Source: Oopsacas minuta
Taxonomy: Eukaryota; Animalia; Porifera
Length of the DNA stretch: 64,000 bases
Direction: 5' to 3'
NCBI GenBank assembly: GCA_024704765.1
Contig: JAKMXF010000308.1
Coordinates: 186,001 to 250,000 of the forward strand
The notes under the pieces were generated by a model. The model saw only the letters and a list, made by a program, of their open reading frames with translations. It did not search any database and was not told the origin of the DNA. Within the stretch, counting starts at the first letter, position 1; the number at the start of each line of letters is the position of its first letter. Shown one piece after another: positions 13,019 through 25,614 of this stretch. The translations under genes were made by a program, and so were the position numbers.

Positions 13019-14380
13019 ATGGAAATGAAGGCGGATTTAATGGTTCTTCAACAACTGTCGGTTATAACTATGTATTCATAGGGTCAGTTGATGAACAGTT
13101 TAAGTGTCTTATATGCAAAAAAGTTATGCGAGATGCAGTACAAACACAATGCGGTCATCATTTTTGCTATTCTTGTATCTTTACTTTTGTAATAAATTCA
13201 CCAAATTGCATTTACCCCATATGCCACACTCAATTAGATCCACGAAAGATACTATCCCTGACGAACATATACGAGAGCGTGTGAGATGTATGCAAATAGT
13301 GTGTCCTCATCCCAATTGCCAAACTATAGGCACAATCGATGAAATTGAACGAAGTCACATGAACTACTGTGATTTCAGAAATTTTGTTATATGTGATGTG
13401 TGTATGACATCAATGGATAATCTCAACTACCACAACATATCAAAATGTGTAGAAAACCTGATTACAAGTGTAAATAATGTGGTAGCGGCATAGTTTATGC
13501 GAATAAGAACCATCATGAATTATCTTATCCGAATTTTCCAATTTATGTCATAATTGCGGTTTTGGAATATCACAGATGAAGTATGAAGAAGACTGTAAAA
13601 ATAGTTGTACTGCTATAAGACGAGACTGTCCTTGTGAAAAGTGCTTATTTAAAGGGCAACTTCAACAAATAAACGCACATCTCAAATATTCAGCTTTTCT
13701 ACATGCATCATTTTATCAAGAAGCTATAGAGGACCTAAAGGGTCAGGTAAATGAGCTAGAAATGAAAAATAGAGAGATGGGAAACCAACTTAAGAAACTT
13801 GAAATACTACACAAAGGGTTAGCACAGAGTAGCTATGGTTCAAACAAAAAACGTCAAGTTTTTTCCGAAGATTTATGCCACCCTTCAATGGAGAAGATTG
13901 GGAGGATTTCCAAGAATTCACAACATTTCCCACTAATGGGAAGTTAATCTGGAAAATTTCTAATTTTAAAAATACTTTTCTAGAATCTAGAAAATACACA
14001 AAAATATATTCACAACCTTTCTACACTTCTCCTGAAGGCTTTAAGTTGTCCTGTTACCTCTATAAGCAGGATAACCAAGTGATGATGGTGTGCTTTCAAA
14101 TCATGGAAGGTGAATTCGATGAAATTCTAGATTCCCTATCATCCTCTGCTACTGTTTTGATGTTAAATAAGATCCGATCCAATAGCATATCTTATGACGT
14201 AAATTGTATTGTGATTCTGATAGAACTTCAAAAGATATTGGTTGTGTGGAGCTACTAGCTTTTCAGCAAATTTTTCATTTTATAGGGAGCAGTTCTCTGA
14301 TTATGCAAATAGAAGTCACATAGTATTGAAAACACTCCTGTATCTTCATTTGTGCATATAAGTTTTGCAGTATTTACTCT
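13019..14380 (+). pseudogene. TRAF-like gene (RING, TRAF zinc fingers, coiled coil, MATH), multiply frameshifted
   Basis: GYNYVF..VDEQFKCLICKKVMRDAVQTQCGHHFCYSCI (TRAF RING), Cys/His zinc-finger segments, coiled coil, and NGKLIWKISNF...YSQPFYTSPEGFKLSCYLY (MATH). Spread across 4 or more frames with an internal stop. The 3' end is approximate. Confidence 0.85.
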
Positions 14381-15843
14381 TCTTATCTATTATGAGGATT
14401 TTGTATGTAGATTTATCTTTCTTTTTCAACATTTGATAATTATGTTATGGACAATGTCAATCTAGAGTAATAACGTTGGGGAAATTTCTAGAAATATGCA
14501 AGATTGTTACTTATAATTTGCCTTCTTGTATTTTGGAAGTATTTCTCATAAAATCTGTATTGAATTTATGCTTCATAATTAATATGAAACTGGTAGATCT
14601 TTGGTTCACAATTAGCGACTCTGACAGCAGCGAATTGCAACAATAAAACATGAGCACAACTTAAACTAAAATTACAGCCAAGTAAAACCTCCTGAACAAC
14701 TTTACGGTTTACCTCATAATCAGGATTCAATTCTAGGCAAAAAGTCGTGCTGATTTTTCCAACCGTTTACTTGCTACAGTAGAACTTCGTCAATACGAAC
14801 ACCAACGGACGGCGATATCTGTCCGCTTTATTCGGAGTCTGCATTAACAGGAGAGCTATTAAATAAGTCTATCCGCATACGAGAATGATTATAGCCAAAA
14901 ATACATTCAAATAATCAATTTTCGCTTCGTCAACTTCCAAAATACAACAATAAGAGCAATCTAACTGCGTAATTCGAAATATCCAGCTCTAAGATCCTAG
15001 TAGGGATTGCACAGAATACAGAAAGCGTATCCTAATTACACTTTGGATGATGAATTTGGGAGGTTACCACAACGTCACGTCCCGGATTTTAGGCATCTGC
15101 ATTTTCCGGGACTGTTAGGTCACGGCTCGGAAATTAGACACGCCCTTTACGACATGATTAGGAGTGAGTGTTATAATTATGCTTTGGATTAGTGTCCAAC
15201 TTGGTCGGCCTGATGGTGCAATCAGAGACCCCCTGGTCACATGGAAGCCGACCTATTTGTTCTATCCAACCACTACTCAAATGCTTCGTGTGTGATCAGT
15301 AATTTTACATTCCTCACTTAGGTATACTCACTCGACTGTTCTATACATCGGGATAGAAGTATTTCATATATGTAACCGGAGTAATACTAATTGAATAACC
15401 ATTGTGTAGGGACCTGATATTCTGTAATTATTAGTTCGTCTTATCTTGAAATTGTTAAGAATCAAATCAAGTTCAAAGAATTTACTTGCTGATGTTTTCG
15501 GCCTTATGCTCTGAAATTTGCTCGCTACCTTTTTTATTTCTCCAAAAATTAACCATAAATCGATTTTCAAGGCCAATTGAGTGAATTTTTAATATTTTAG
15601 AATCTTAAATGGTATTTTGAATAAATCAAACAATAGAACTCGCATACTCGGTTAGTACGTACTAATTTTGTTTCCTGAGGGAGTCCCAAGTTGGAGTGTA
15701 ATTATTATTCTTGGGGGAATTAGATATTGTTACAAATTGATTACTACTATATATTTAGCTAATAATCTGGGACATAATCTGTATGCTTATGTGTATTCAA
15801 ATTACAACTATATATATAATTGTATTCTAAAATAATCACTTCG

Positions 15844-17121
15844 ACAGACAAAGGAATAGCTAGCGTAACAGTGAAAAGAAACTTCATCGAACAAGTAAAA
15901 GAGAGTAGAAAGAAGACTCGAGATTGCTTCAAGAGTCACATGAATCTCTACAAGTCAGAGAAAGTATCCTCCTCTCTCGTATTGATCAAATAGGGAAAGA
16001 TTATAATAGCAAATCTGAGAAAATGAATAAATTATTTGACATTTTGAATAAAAATAAATCAATGAATTCAGATACATTAACAAATAACGAACTCAAAGAC
16101 ACTCTAGATGGAGTTATATCATTAATTAACAAGAAGATAACAGAACTAACAGCTGGGACAGACAGTAGCATTGAGTTTAAATGGAACAATCAATTCGAGA
16201 TCGACATAGAACAGCTAGGGAGTATTAAGCTTAACGGTCAGACTAACATATCTCCTACCCGCACCTTCCCTCCTCAAGTGAAGTTTGTTGTACCTGACTA
16301 CAAGGCTAAACAGCTGCCTCCTGCTTACTGCTGTAATAATTCAGACAAGATAGCTCCCGGAGAACTGAACTGTCCCAAAGGTATATCAGTACATTACCAA
16401 ACTGGAAGTATTTACATAGCGGATTATTACAACAATCGTGTACAAGTATTTAGCAGTAACGGAGACTATCTCTCCATGTTCAGTGAGAAGATGAAACAAC
16501 CTATAGGTATCTGTATATTTCAGTATAAAGTGTTTGTTACACAATACAGCAGTCATTGCATTAATAAGTACGAGCTAGAAGGGAAACTAATCAAGAGTGT
16601 TGGTAGTTATGGAAATGGAGAAGCTCAGTTATCCTATCCACACGGTCTAGATGTCTCTGATAGAAATAGCAATGTGTATGTATGTGATTGTAATAATAAT
16701 AGAATTCAAATCTTAACTAAAGAAATCAAGTTCCATTCCATGCTAGGAATAGACTTGTTTAAGTATCCACGTGACGTCAAGGTTATAAGAGACAGAGTAT
16801 TAGTGCTAGATGGGAGTGATCCGTGTATGTTTGTTTTCAATTCAGATCACGTTGTATCCAACAGACTGATAACTAGAGTTGTTGGCAAATAAACGAACAA
16901 TCCATTATGTTTCTACATAGACAGAAACTATAACATCATTATGAGTGACTACGATAATGACTGTGTGTATGTATTCAATCAGGAGGGAGAACAGATACAA
17001 GTTTGGGAAGGAAGGTCAGGGTATCGGGGAGTTCATCAATCCGTATGGAATAGTGCTAGACAACACAGGACACATTATAGTTGTGTGTCATAAGAATACT
17101 AATTGTCTACAATTCTTCTGA
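15844..17121 (+). pseudogene. Coiled-coil + NHL-repeat gene, copy B (full length but disabled)
   Basis: The ORF at 15924-16892 is the core. Both ATGs seen in copy A are mutated (ACA, ATA), with a frameshift at about 15936. CAA>TAA at 16890-16892 is followed by in-frame NHL sequence (TNNPLCFYIDRNYNIIMSDYDNDCVYVFNQEG). After a shift at about 16998 it continues KFGKEGQGIGEFINPYGIVLD...LQFF-stop. Confidence 0.88.
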
Positions 17122-18349
17122 CTTTACTTTATTATTTAGAGTTGGTGGTTTGTGCTAATTAGTGTACTAGATATATCATGTACCTTATTTTCTTTCAATT
17201 ATAAGATGCCAGTTATATCCAAGTCTGAAACCGTGAAAGTACACATAAGTTTAATCTGTTATATCGAAGTAATTATCACGATTCATTGAGCTTCTGCGTT
17301 TATAACAGTGATTGAATGTATATTAATTTCAGTTTGTATATTTTACTTCATTCAATTTTTCCTTACAACGCAATTTGATATGTACTTAATAGGAATAATT
17401 AGATTTTATCTGATATCAATACAGGCAGCCTTCGCCATTCTCCGTTTCGACTCACGGTTAATATTTTGTATTTTGTTTTGTTGCTTGCGAATCATTCCCT
17501 CGATTATCCGCGATTTTGTAATGGAAAAAAGCCGTTTCACAGAATTTTTGCTATTAATACAATTGTTGTTCATTTGTTGTGAGTCTTGTGCAATTATGAC
17601 TAATTGCTTATATAACGAAATAATAGCAGGGCTGGGGTTGGTTAACCGAATTAAGTGTGTGGTTAAAACCTTATCGCAGATATCGGTAAACCGGTTAACA
17701 GCTACAATTTTTCCTAAATCTAATTAACGAAGTTTGGTGGCTAAATTTGAAAATATCAATTGATATCATTACATATGCATTCTTGATGCGATTGTAACTT
17801 ACAAACTATTGAAATTTTTTTATAAAAAAAGTGTCAATTAGCGGTTTTTAGGTAAAAATCGGGCCGAGGCCGATTTCATTTTAAATTTCTTTGGAGAAAC
17901 ACTGTATTGCATTGTATATTACCCGAATAATACCGGAAAAATGTGTGATTTTATGACGTCAATAAGGTGCTAAATCTCGTTTCTGGTGCGGGAATTGATT
18001 AAAACGATGTGGTAAATATTTAGTGTTCCTTTTCATTACGAACGTAACACCGGTCATAATCGACTAATTATCTGAATTGAATTTCACCAACGATTGGTAA
18101 TTATAAGATTATTATACATATTAAGACACATAATCATAAAATCTCACACATTTTCAACTTTTATAAAACTTTTCAAAATCACCTGATTTAGAGAACATGT
18201 GTATACAATTACGCTCATTTGAGTCTGCTAAAATATCTTTATATATTTATTTTTGATATCGAGCGGGTATAAAAGTTCGCCTTTTCCTATTTCTCTATTA
18301 TATTTCCAAATCAAAACTGAATACTGCAATTCTATTCTTTAAATGATAT

Positions 18350-18580
18350 GTAACTAAAACCCTCTGTAGAGAATATCTGTATTCTGCAATTGTCTGTATC
18401 TGCTATATAGATTTTTTCTCCTGCTAGAGCTATATCAAGAGGATAAGATAACTTCTCCAGCTGTTTTAGGAGAGTTTTTAGACCATCACTCCTGAAGGAA
18501 GGAACTGGGATAGGCGTTGGATCTCCGTATTTTTTCTGTTCTTCTTCTTTTGGTTTTTTTACTTGCTCCCCTTTGATTCT
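18350..18580 (-). pseudogene. NHL-repeat gene fragment
   Basis: The minus strand reads LSYPLDIALAGEKIYIADTDNCRIQIFSTEGF, a complete NHL blade. Not in the ORF track. Confidence 0.7.
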
Positions 18581-19043
18581 GAGGAACTAAGGGGATCAGA
18601 TGGTGGGGGCCATGGCCCCACCTACTCCAAAGTCCCTGAAGCAGGCAATAGATATGACCCGGGGACTACCTAGGTGTGCCCTGGCCAGTCTACTCCTATG
18701 CCTGACCAATCTATTGAAAATAAGACATCGCCTGGTTAGAATTGACTTTACGGGACGTATTGATCCTGTATTAGTAATATTAGCTAAGATAAGGCTCGAT
18801 ACCCCGAATCGTTGTTTAGAGGATCTGCTGTATTACGTTATATTACTAGTTTATTACTAATGAACCGACTGCATTACCTGAATGTTAACTTGACACTGTT
18901 TATTTACACAATCTTGGAGCTTGACGTATATTGACAGAAATGCTTGAATATTTTCTACTAATAGTCTCTCTACTTACATATAAAAACTGTGTTCACAACC
19001 GAAACAGTTATAGCATAATACCAAATAAATATATACAAATAAA

Positions 19044-19916
19044 TCAAAATAAAATATGAATCCCGTGCTTTGACCCCAGGGATACTACAAATATTCTAGA
19101 ATCATTTGAGACTGTTATTCCTTGAGGTTGAATTAGCATTTGCCCCATCATTTCATTCGACGATGGCAATTGCAAATGTCTCCCTTCTCCTGTAGTATTA
19201 TAAATATTAATACTCTCTTTATCACTTATAATTACATTATTTGAACGATCTAAACAGAAGAATCCACATCTTCTTACTCCATTTCTTGTGTCTTCAATCC
19301 CTCTACAGGGTAGCCTTTCCCCTGTGTGAGAAAACACATGTAATTTGAATCTATCTAGTCTGCATAACACATATACTTTATCAGAAGTTAGCTTTAACTC
19401 AATCGGGCGGTACAGTTTATCAACTGGATCTGATATAGTCCTGATATAATTGAGATTACAATCAATTACTTGAATTCTGTGATTGTATTCATCAGCTATA
19501 TAAACATCACCCTTTTTACATACTGCAATGCTTTTTGGATATGAGAACTGGTTTATACCTGATCCATAATTTTTCCCTATCTTCATTACTTTACACATCC
19601 TTTCATCCTGCTTGAAGAGGAATACCGCATCTGCATGCGTATCTGTCACATAAATGTTGTCTTTGTTTTTTGCTATACCCCATGGGTATCTCATTTTTTT
19701 GTGCTTGAAACTGGTTATTAAATAGCCAGTGAAAGTAAAGACTAAGATACGGGGCGCTATCATTCCTTCAGTTAAGTATATATGTGACATTTCTTCGTCT
19801 ATGACGATTGACTTGGGGCACTGTATTTTATTAATGCCAGTTCCTACTTCCCCAAATGAATACTGTTTTTGGAGCAATTCGTTTTTAGCGAAATTCTGAA
19901 AGTTTGCATATTCCAT
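19044..19916 (-). CDS. NHL-repeat beta-propeller protein, 290 aa, intronless, apparently intact
   Basis: Repeats such as GSGINQFSYPKSIAVCKKGDVYIADEYNHRIQV, YPWGIA..KDNIYVTD, FCLDRSNNVIISD and QPQGITV. Confidence 0.88.
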   Translation of the reverse strand: MEYANFQNFAKNELLQKQYSFGEVGTGINKIQCPKSIVIDEEMSHIYLTEGMIAPRILVFTFTGYLITSFKHKKMRYPWGIAKNKDNIYVTDTHADAVFLFKQDERMCKVMKIGKNYGSGINQFSYPKSIAVCKKGDVYIADEYNHRIQVIDCNLNYIRTISDPVDKLYRPIELKLTSDKVYVLCRLDRFKLHVFSHTGERLPCRGIEDTRNGVRRCGFFCLDRSNNVIISDKESINIYNTTGEGRHLQLPSSNEMMGQMLIQPQGITVSNDSRIFVVSLGSKHGIHILF

Positions 19917-22059
19917 GATTAGGGTTTTTTAACATCATACTGTAGTTTAATTTATAGAAAATTTTCTCAAAAGATTTGATTTGCATATTAGTGATTCTAT
20001 TCAGTTAATGGCATATAATCCAATCCACAATCCCTATCATATTTCTGACTTTTCTATCTCTATTAAATTGCATTGTATCTTATGACCATAATTTGAATTA
20101 ATATAATTTATCAAATTCACTAACTTTACCACTTAAATTCAGTCTCCTTCTACGTTAAGTAGCTTGAGTACTCTAAATAACTATTTAATTATTTGAGTGG
20201 TAGAATACAAATCTATCTGCTTAAATTAGTATACGGTAGGCACTCGTAAATTGGGGCACTCCCAAACCAGGAAAAACATCACAAACCGGAGCACACCTCT
20301 CAGATTGAGTTTCCTGTGCTCAAATCACTCTCACAAAAAGGGGCCCTCAACTATTTTCCAAGCTGCAAGATTTGCGAGTATCTATTGTACTGTAACTCTG
20401 TAAATACTGTCCAGTTGGGTTATTTGTTGTTAAATAACATTGCCTGTTTTGTTATACTTATGCTTATCGATTTTGATACGCTTCATTAATTTTGTTAGAC
20501 ATCTCACTTCTGGTAAAGGCGAATCTGTTTGACATTTTTAACATTGCATTAATTTTGTTAACCTAGTAATACTAACCGATTCTTAATCAGGGAAAATCCC
20601 ATGTGAGTGGTCACTTTACCATATCAGGGAATATTCACTCCCTAGCAACGCAAGAATGTCTCATTAATGTGGCAACAGCGGACGGTACCAATAGCTTCAA
20701 GCAAAAAATATTTCAAAATACAGGGGTACAGGCATCTTTGTTAATTTTCATCATCATCTGATAACGTATATAGCATGATAAATTCTAGGAGCATATGGCT
20801 TTATCGCAACAATAGTATCATGAGTCAAAAAGCCTCAATGCTGAATCTATAGTGATGCTGATGCTCTCAGTCGCTCTAGATCTTGCTCTGCCTACTAGAA
20901 TTTCCATAAAAAATAAGAGAACTTGCAAATAGGAATCTCTCCGATACAACTGGATAACGGTGATGCAGTGAGTTCTGAATTGGGGTTTGTCAAACTTAAT
21001 TGTCGACCACTAATTTAGAGGGTCGATAAGTGCATAACTAGACTCAGCTAGTCGTACAAGAAGTCACTAAATAAGGTTAGGACAAAGTTTGGGTATTGAA
21101 TGTTGTCACATTCCACCATTGCTAGGGAAAATATCACCAAATATATTCGAGTGCTAATCGAACGATGCGGAATTTTCGCTGATTACGAATATCGATATAT
21201 GGATGAGATTTAAATTGTAGAAGTTATGGTAATATTTAATCTTTTCCAAAATATGTCCAAAAGTTGCACATTATAATACCCGCCAAGGTTGATATACGGT
21301 GATTTGAAAATGTCTCCTAGCTAAAATTCATTATAGGATATGATTTATGACTGTGCCAATTTGTATGTTTTTAGGACAAATCCCACAATATATTTAGATA
21401 TCCGCCCCACTACAGAGCTAATGCTTTGGATATAATAGCTCCAAAGATGACGCCATGACCACTCGCCCTATCCTTTTTGCATTATGGTAGAGCTGAATCA
21501 GGGTAGCAAGTGACCACCCAAATGACTATAGTCGCGGATAAGATGACAAGGCTCTTAACCTGAGAAATTTCAAAATCGTGAGATTCGTGAAAATTTTCAC
21601 GAATTTATCGTGAGATATATGATTTAGCATTAATTTTCTATAAACCAAGGATTCACTAGTAAGATCAAGGAAAACAGCACGGCGAATGATACTAATGAGT
21701 ACATTAAAATATAGTTTATGGTATTAAACATATTTATGATAATGTTTCTGACCATGACTATGACTATGATCTGGCATACAATAGTGTTTTCATAGGTGCA
21801 AAAATTTGGGAATAGAATCAAACTGAGAGGGCACTGTAAGTCTTTAACCCCTAGTGTTGAATTCCAGGCGAAAATCTTATAATCGTTTGACTCAGCCAAC
21901 TCAGGAAATAATTCGAGTTGAATATGGGAAATGATTAGACTGAAGTTCTGATTATTTTCAAACCACCATTGACTTAGATTTCCTAACAGAGTATAAATCG
22001 TTTAACATGCACTATTGTAGGCCAAACCATATCACACTCAAACATAAGTAACATTAACT

Positions 22060-23503
22060 TCACAATTTATACGAATAAGTATGATCCAGTCCGCAAATAA
22101 TTGAGTTTTCCTGAAATATTTCTTCACTTTCGTCTGCTTTGAGATGCTTTGTCTCTGGCACGAATAATATTATAAAGATGCATGACAGTATATTGACGAC
22201 CACAAGTATTAAGAATGTGTAGCCATTTCCAATAACACCGACTATAAAGGGAAATACTATCAGCGTTGAAATGGAGTGCATATTCAGAGCAAATTGTGAA
22301 ATACCCGAACCAATTTCTTTAATTCTGATAGGAAAAATCTCACCCATTAATATAAATAAGACTGATCCCCAACCAATTTGAAAGCCAAATCTCCACACAG
22401 CTAGACTCAAACCAGGCCAGAAAATAATCCAATCACATACAGGGCTTGTATTCTCTCCATGAAGTGAACATTCGAATACATACTGATCGATTAGGAAAAA
22501 GGTTGTGAGTGAAATAAAAGAGAATGCGACAATAACAGCAGAAACAAGAAGAAGAGGCTTCCTGCCAAAGTGTTCTATAAATAATATTAGTGAAATGGCC
22601 CCAATTAAACCAAACATAGGCACCCCGATTGCAACCACATTTGGGTCAATTACATTGCTGCTTTCCAGGAGAGTAGAACTGTACGAAAGAACAATGTCTT
22701 CTCCCGAGTTTATGTATCCCAGAGCCAATAATATTCCTACAATCAGTGCCTTGAGTCGATACTTTTCAATGATTAGCTTTAAGCAGTACAATATTGACAT
22801 ACTCGCTTGAGCCTTTTCTTTTAGAGCAATATCTATAGATGTGCATTCTTCCAATACGTTCTCTTCTTTTCTACGTAGTCCAATAAGAATATTTTTGGCT
22901 CTCTTTTCCAAACCTCTTGAATATAGCCATATCGCTCTTTGTGGTATTATTAACACTGCAAGGACATTCAATAGTGAAATAATTATTCCTACAATAGATA
23001 GCCATCTGAAAGTAAGAAAACTACCGAATATGTACACGACTAAAACGCCTAATATTTCGTATATCCCCAAAAACCGGACAGAAAGCCTCTTGCCGCTGGC
23101 GGAGCTATCTCTCCAAGGTATAGAGGTAAAACTGATGTTAGAAATCCGCAACCTATTCCATGGAACAACCTACCAGCAAATAGAAAACCTGTGTTTGTGG
23201 CCCCAGCTATCAATAGCAATCAAATATAGTTGAAAGCGAGCTAAGTATGATGCTTAGTTTCCTTCCCAGGTATTTGGAGCAAGGAATTGAAAGGAAAGAA
23301 GCTATACTCATCCCTGCGAAGAAAATAGAAGCGAAAATCGGAGTACTCCACTCTTCTAAAAGATGTAATTTGCGGAGATTGCCTAATGTTGGAGATGGAA
23401 ATCCAAGCCCGAACCCGAGTTGAAGGAAACCCAGACATAAAATGTGAGAATACATAAATACTTTTAAGGTAGATTTTATCCACACCTCGAATTGTCTTCT
23501 CAT
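22060..23503 (-). CDS. MFS sugar porter (SLC2A6/8 / Tret1-like), about 481 aa after correcting two 1-nt frameshifts; may be a pseudogene or a sequence error
   Basis: GFGLGFPSPT, LGRK, GRLFHGIGCG...PLYLGEIAPP.ARG, IEHFGRKPLL, LMGEIFPIRIK, FVPETK. Restoring one base at about 23221 and one at 23069-73 gives 1446 nt, a continuous ORF. Confidence 0.85.
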
Positions 23504-24326
23504 TTTACTCGTATTTTATTAAAGAACAGGCTAATTAATCAATGGATTTCTTATTTAATATGGATTCTGTGTATAACGCTGTGGAGGGTAAACATAAATA
23601 GGCCTATTTAGGTGAAGAGCCCAGCTCGCGTAAAATCCCCCATATAAGAGCGCAGCTGTGCCAATAAATTACGTAAACACGGTGCTTGCATACAATTGTA
23701 TCAAGAGTAACTCCAGGTGGAGGTCACGAAATGCCCCCATGAGTTACTCTAGGTATCGGCATAGAGCAACCATTTACACTCAAAATACTAGTCATCAACT
23801 TCGTACTTTATTTACTGTAAAATATAGCTGTGTAATGATAATAGTTTATTAATTAATTACTAATACATTGGTAAGAATCGGTATTTTATACAATACTAAA
23901 AAAATAAATTGTAGAAAGATAAAAATGTCATAAAATTTTTTACTGTAAATGCTGGTCTGACCAACATTTGGCAGATCACATGGGTGTATACATTGGTCAC
24001 GTAAACGCCCCCAAGAGAAACTCCAGGCATTTTCACCAATTTTACTTAAAAGTAATCTCTACTACTGTTTCTACATATTGATTACCATCGACGTGAAATG
24101 TCATAACAAATGCTTGTTAACTGTCGCTCTGTATGCAATATCATCCTGTCAAATGGGTTCGCAATTAGAATGTCATGCTCTTGAATAGAAATAACACTAA
24201 GGTTAAATAGCGATAATTTCAACTGAACTACCCGCTGAGTACTTTTTAACATCTCTGTTTTAGGACTGGAATTAAAAGGGGCTATTTTTTGGGTAAACAA
24301 GCCGATTTCTCATTTAGTGAAAAGTA

Positions 24327-24989
24327 CTGAGAGCATGGTCATAAGGACTGAGTGCATGGCTCACTATTCAGCACATACATATAGTCGAGTGTAACAGGGG
24401 GCCTAACCAGGTTTTGCTGTGCCGGCCTTCTACCGACCTGCGGATTAGTATAGACGCTTGGCCTGGAAAAATTTTCAGATACCATGCATTAATTAATATT
24501 AGGCCCTACTGCAAGCCCTTGGCTACACCTCTACTTGGATGCTGATATGCTGGGATTGTTTCTGGAATTAGCAAGAATATCGGTTGTAAGTACAGTATTA
24601 TTGCATTGAGTGATACTATTCTAAGTGTAATTCAGATTTATACCTTGTATTGATGTCAGAAATGCTTCTGGATTTTATCCAGATGCTTTAGTTACATGTT
24701 AGCTGTGATTCTGGGTGTTTTGAGACGATAAAAGGGGTTGGATGAGACATTCGTGGAATTAGCGAGAACATTGGATGTAACTTGTAAGTGGAGTATTATT
24801 GCATTTCATGAAGCTATTTTCTAAATGTTTTTAGAATTTCCTTGGAATGCTCAATGGGCCTGTGTGCATTTGATCACGTATATTCGACTCACTGAGCAAT
24901 GCTTACTACTGTGTATTATATGCTCAGTAGTGAGCATGCGCTCAGTCCCTAGACCGTGTTCTCAATCAGTCTAATGAGCATGCTCTCAG
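24327..24989. mobile_element. Non-autonomous element with inverted termini (CTGAGAGCATG...CATGCTCTCAG) and an internal direct repeat
   Basis: Terminal about 60-100 bp regions are imperfect inverted copies. Internal duplication of about 24550-24640 and 24750-24845. Superfamily unknown. Confidence 0.6.
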
Positions 24990-25059
24990 TCAGTCTCTGA
25001 GAGCAAGCCTCAGCCCCGGCGCATATCCAGGGTAATAAGGTATACAAAATATTTGTAGA

Positions 25060-25614
25060 ATGACACTTCGTATTGCTACTTCAGGAATCAGACTCCTTTC
25101 CTTGAAGAGAATGTCAAATATAAAGGAATTAAGCATCAAGGCAGGTGATGTTCTCCCAAGCAGAGAGTTGACAGAAGGAACTATTGACAACAAGGTGAAT
25201 ATAAAGCAGCTGTTCTCAGGTAAGAAAGGAATATTATTCTCGGTTCCAGGGGCATTCACCCCAACTTGCTCAAAAACTCACCTACCAGGATTTGTCAAAG
25301 ATATCGAAATTTGGAGAAAGAGAGGATTCAACCCTATTGTATGTGTTTCAGTAAATGACGTATTTGTTATGTCAGCATGGGGGCTAGAGCATAAAGTTGA
25401 TGGAAAAGTACGTATGTTATCAGATGTTGACGCAATATTTACCAAAGAAATTGGTTTGGATTTTGATGCCAGCGGAATTTTAGGAGGGACTCGCTCCAAG
25501 CGCTATTCAATGGTTGTGGAAAATGGTGTGGTAACTAATCTAAATGTGGAGCCAGATAGCAGTAAGGTAACTTGTAGCTCTTCTCAGACAATGTTGGAGT
25601 CGTTAAACAAGTAG
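25060..25614 (+). CDS. PRDX5: Peroxiredoxin-5 (atypical 2-Cys), with N-terminal mitochondrial-type presequence
   Basis: VPGAFTPTCSKTHLPGF (peroxidatic Cys), CVSVNDVFVMSAWG, RSKRYSMVVENGVV, resolving Cys in VTCS. Confidence 0.95.
   Translation: MTLRIATSGIRLLSLKRMSNIKELSIKAGDVLPSRELTEGTIDNKVNIKQLFSGKKGILFSVPGAFTPTCSKTHLPGFVKDIEIWRKRGFNPIVCVSVNDVFVMSAWGLEHKVDGKVRMLSDVDAIFTKEIGLDFDASGILGGTRSKRYSMVVENGVVTNLNVEPDSSKVTCSSSQTMLESLNK

Noticed and set aside
17308-17727. 139-aa hydrophobic ORF
   Set aside because: GTG start, composition driven by T-rich DNA, overlaps TE-like termini.
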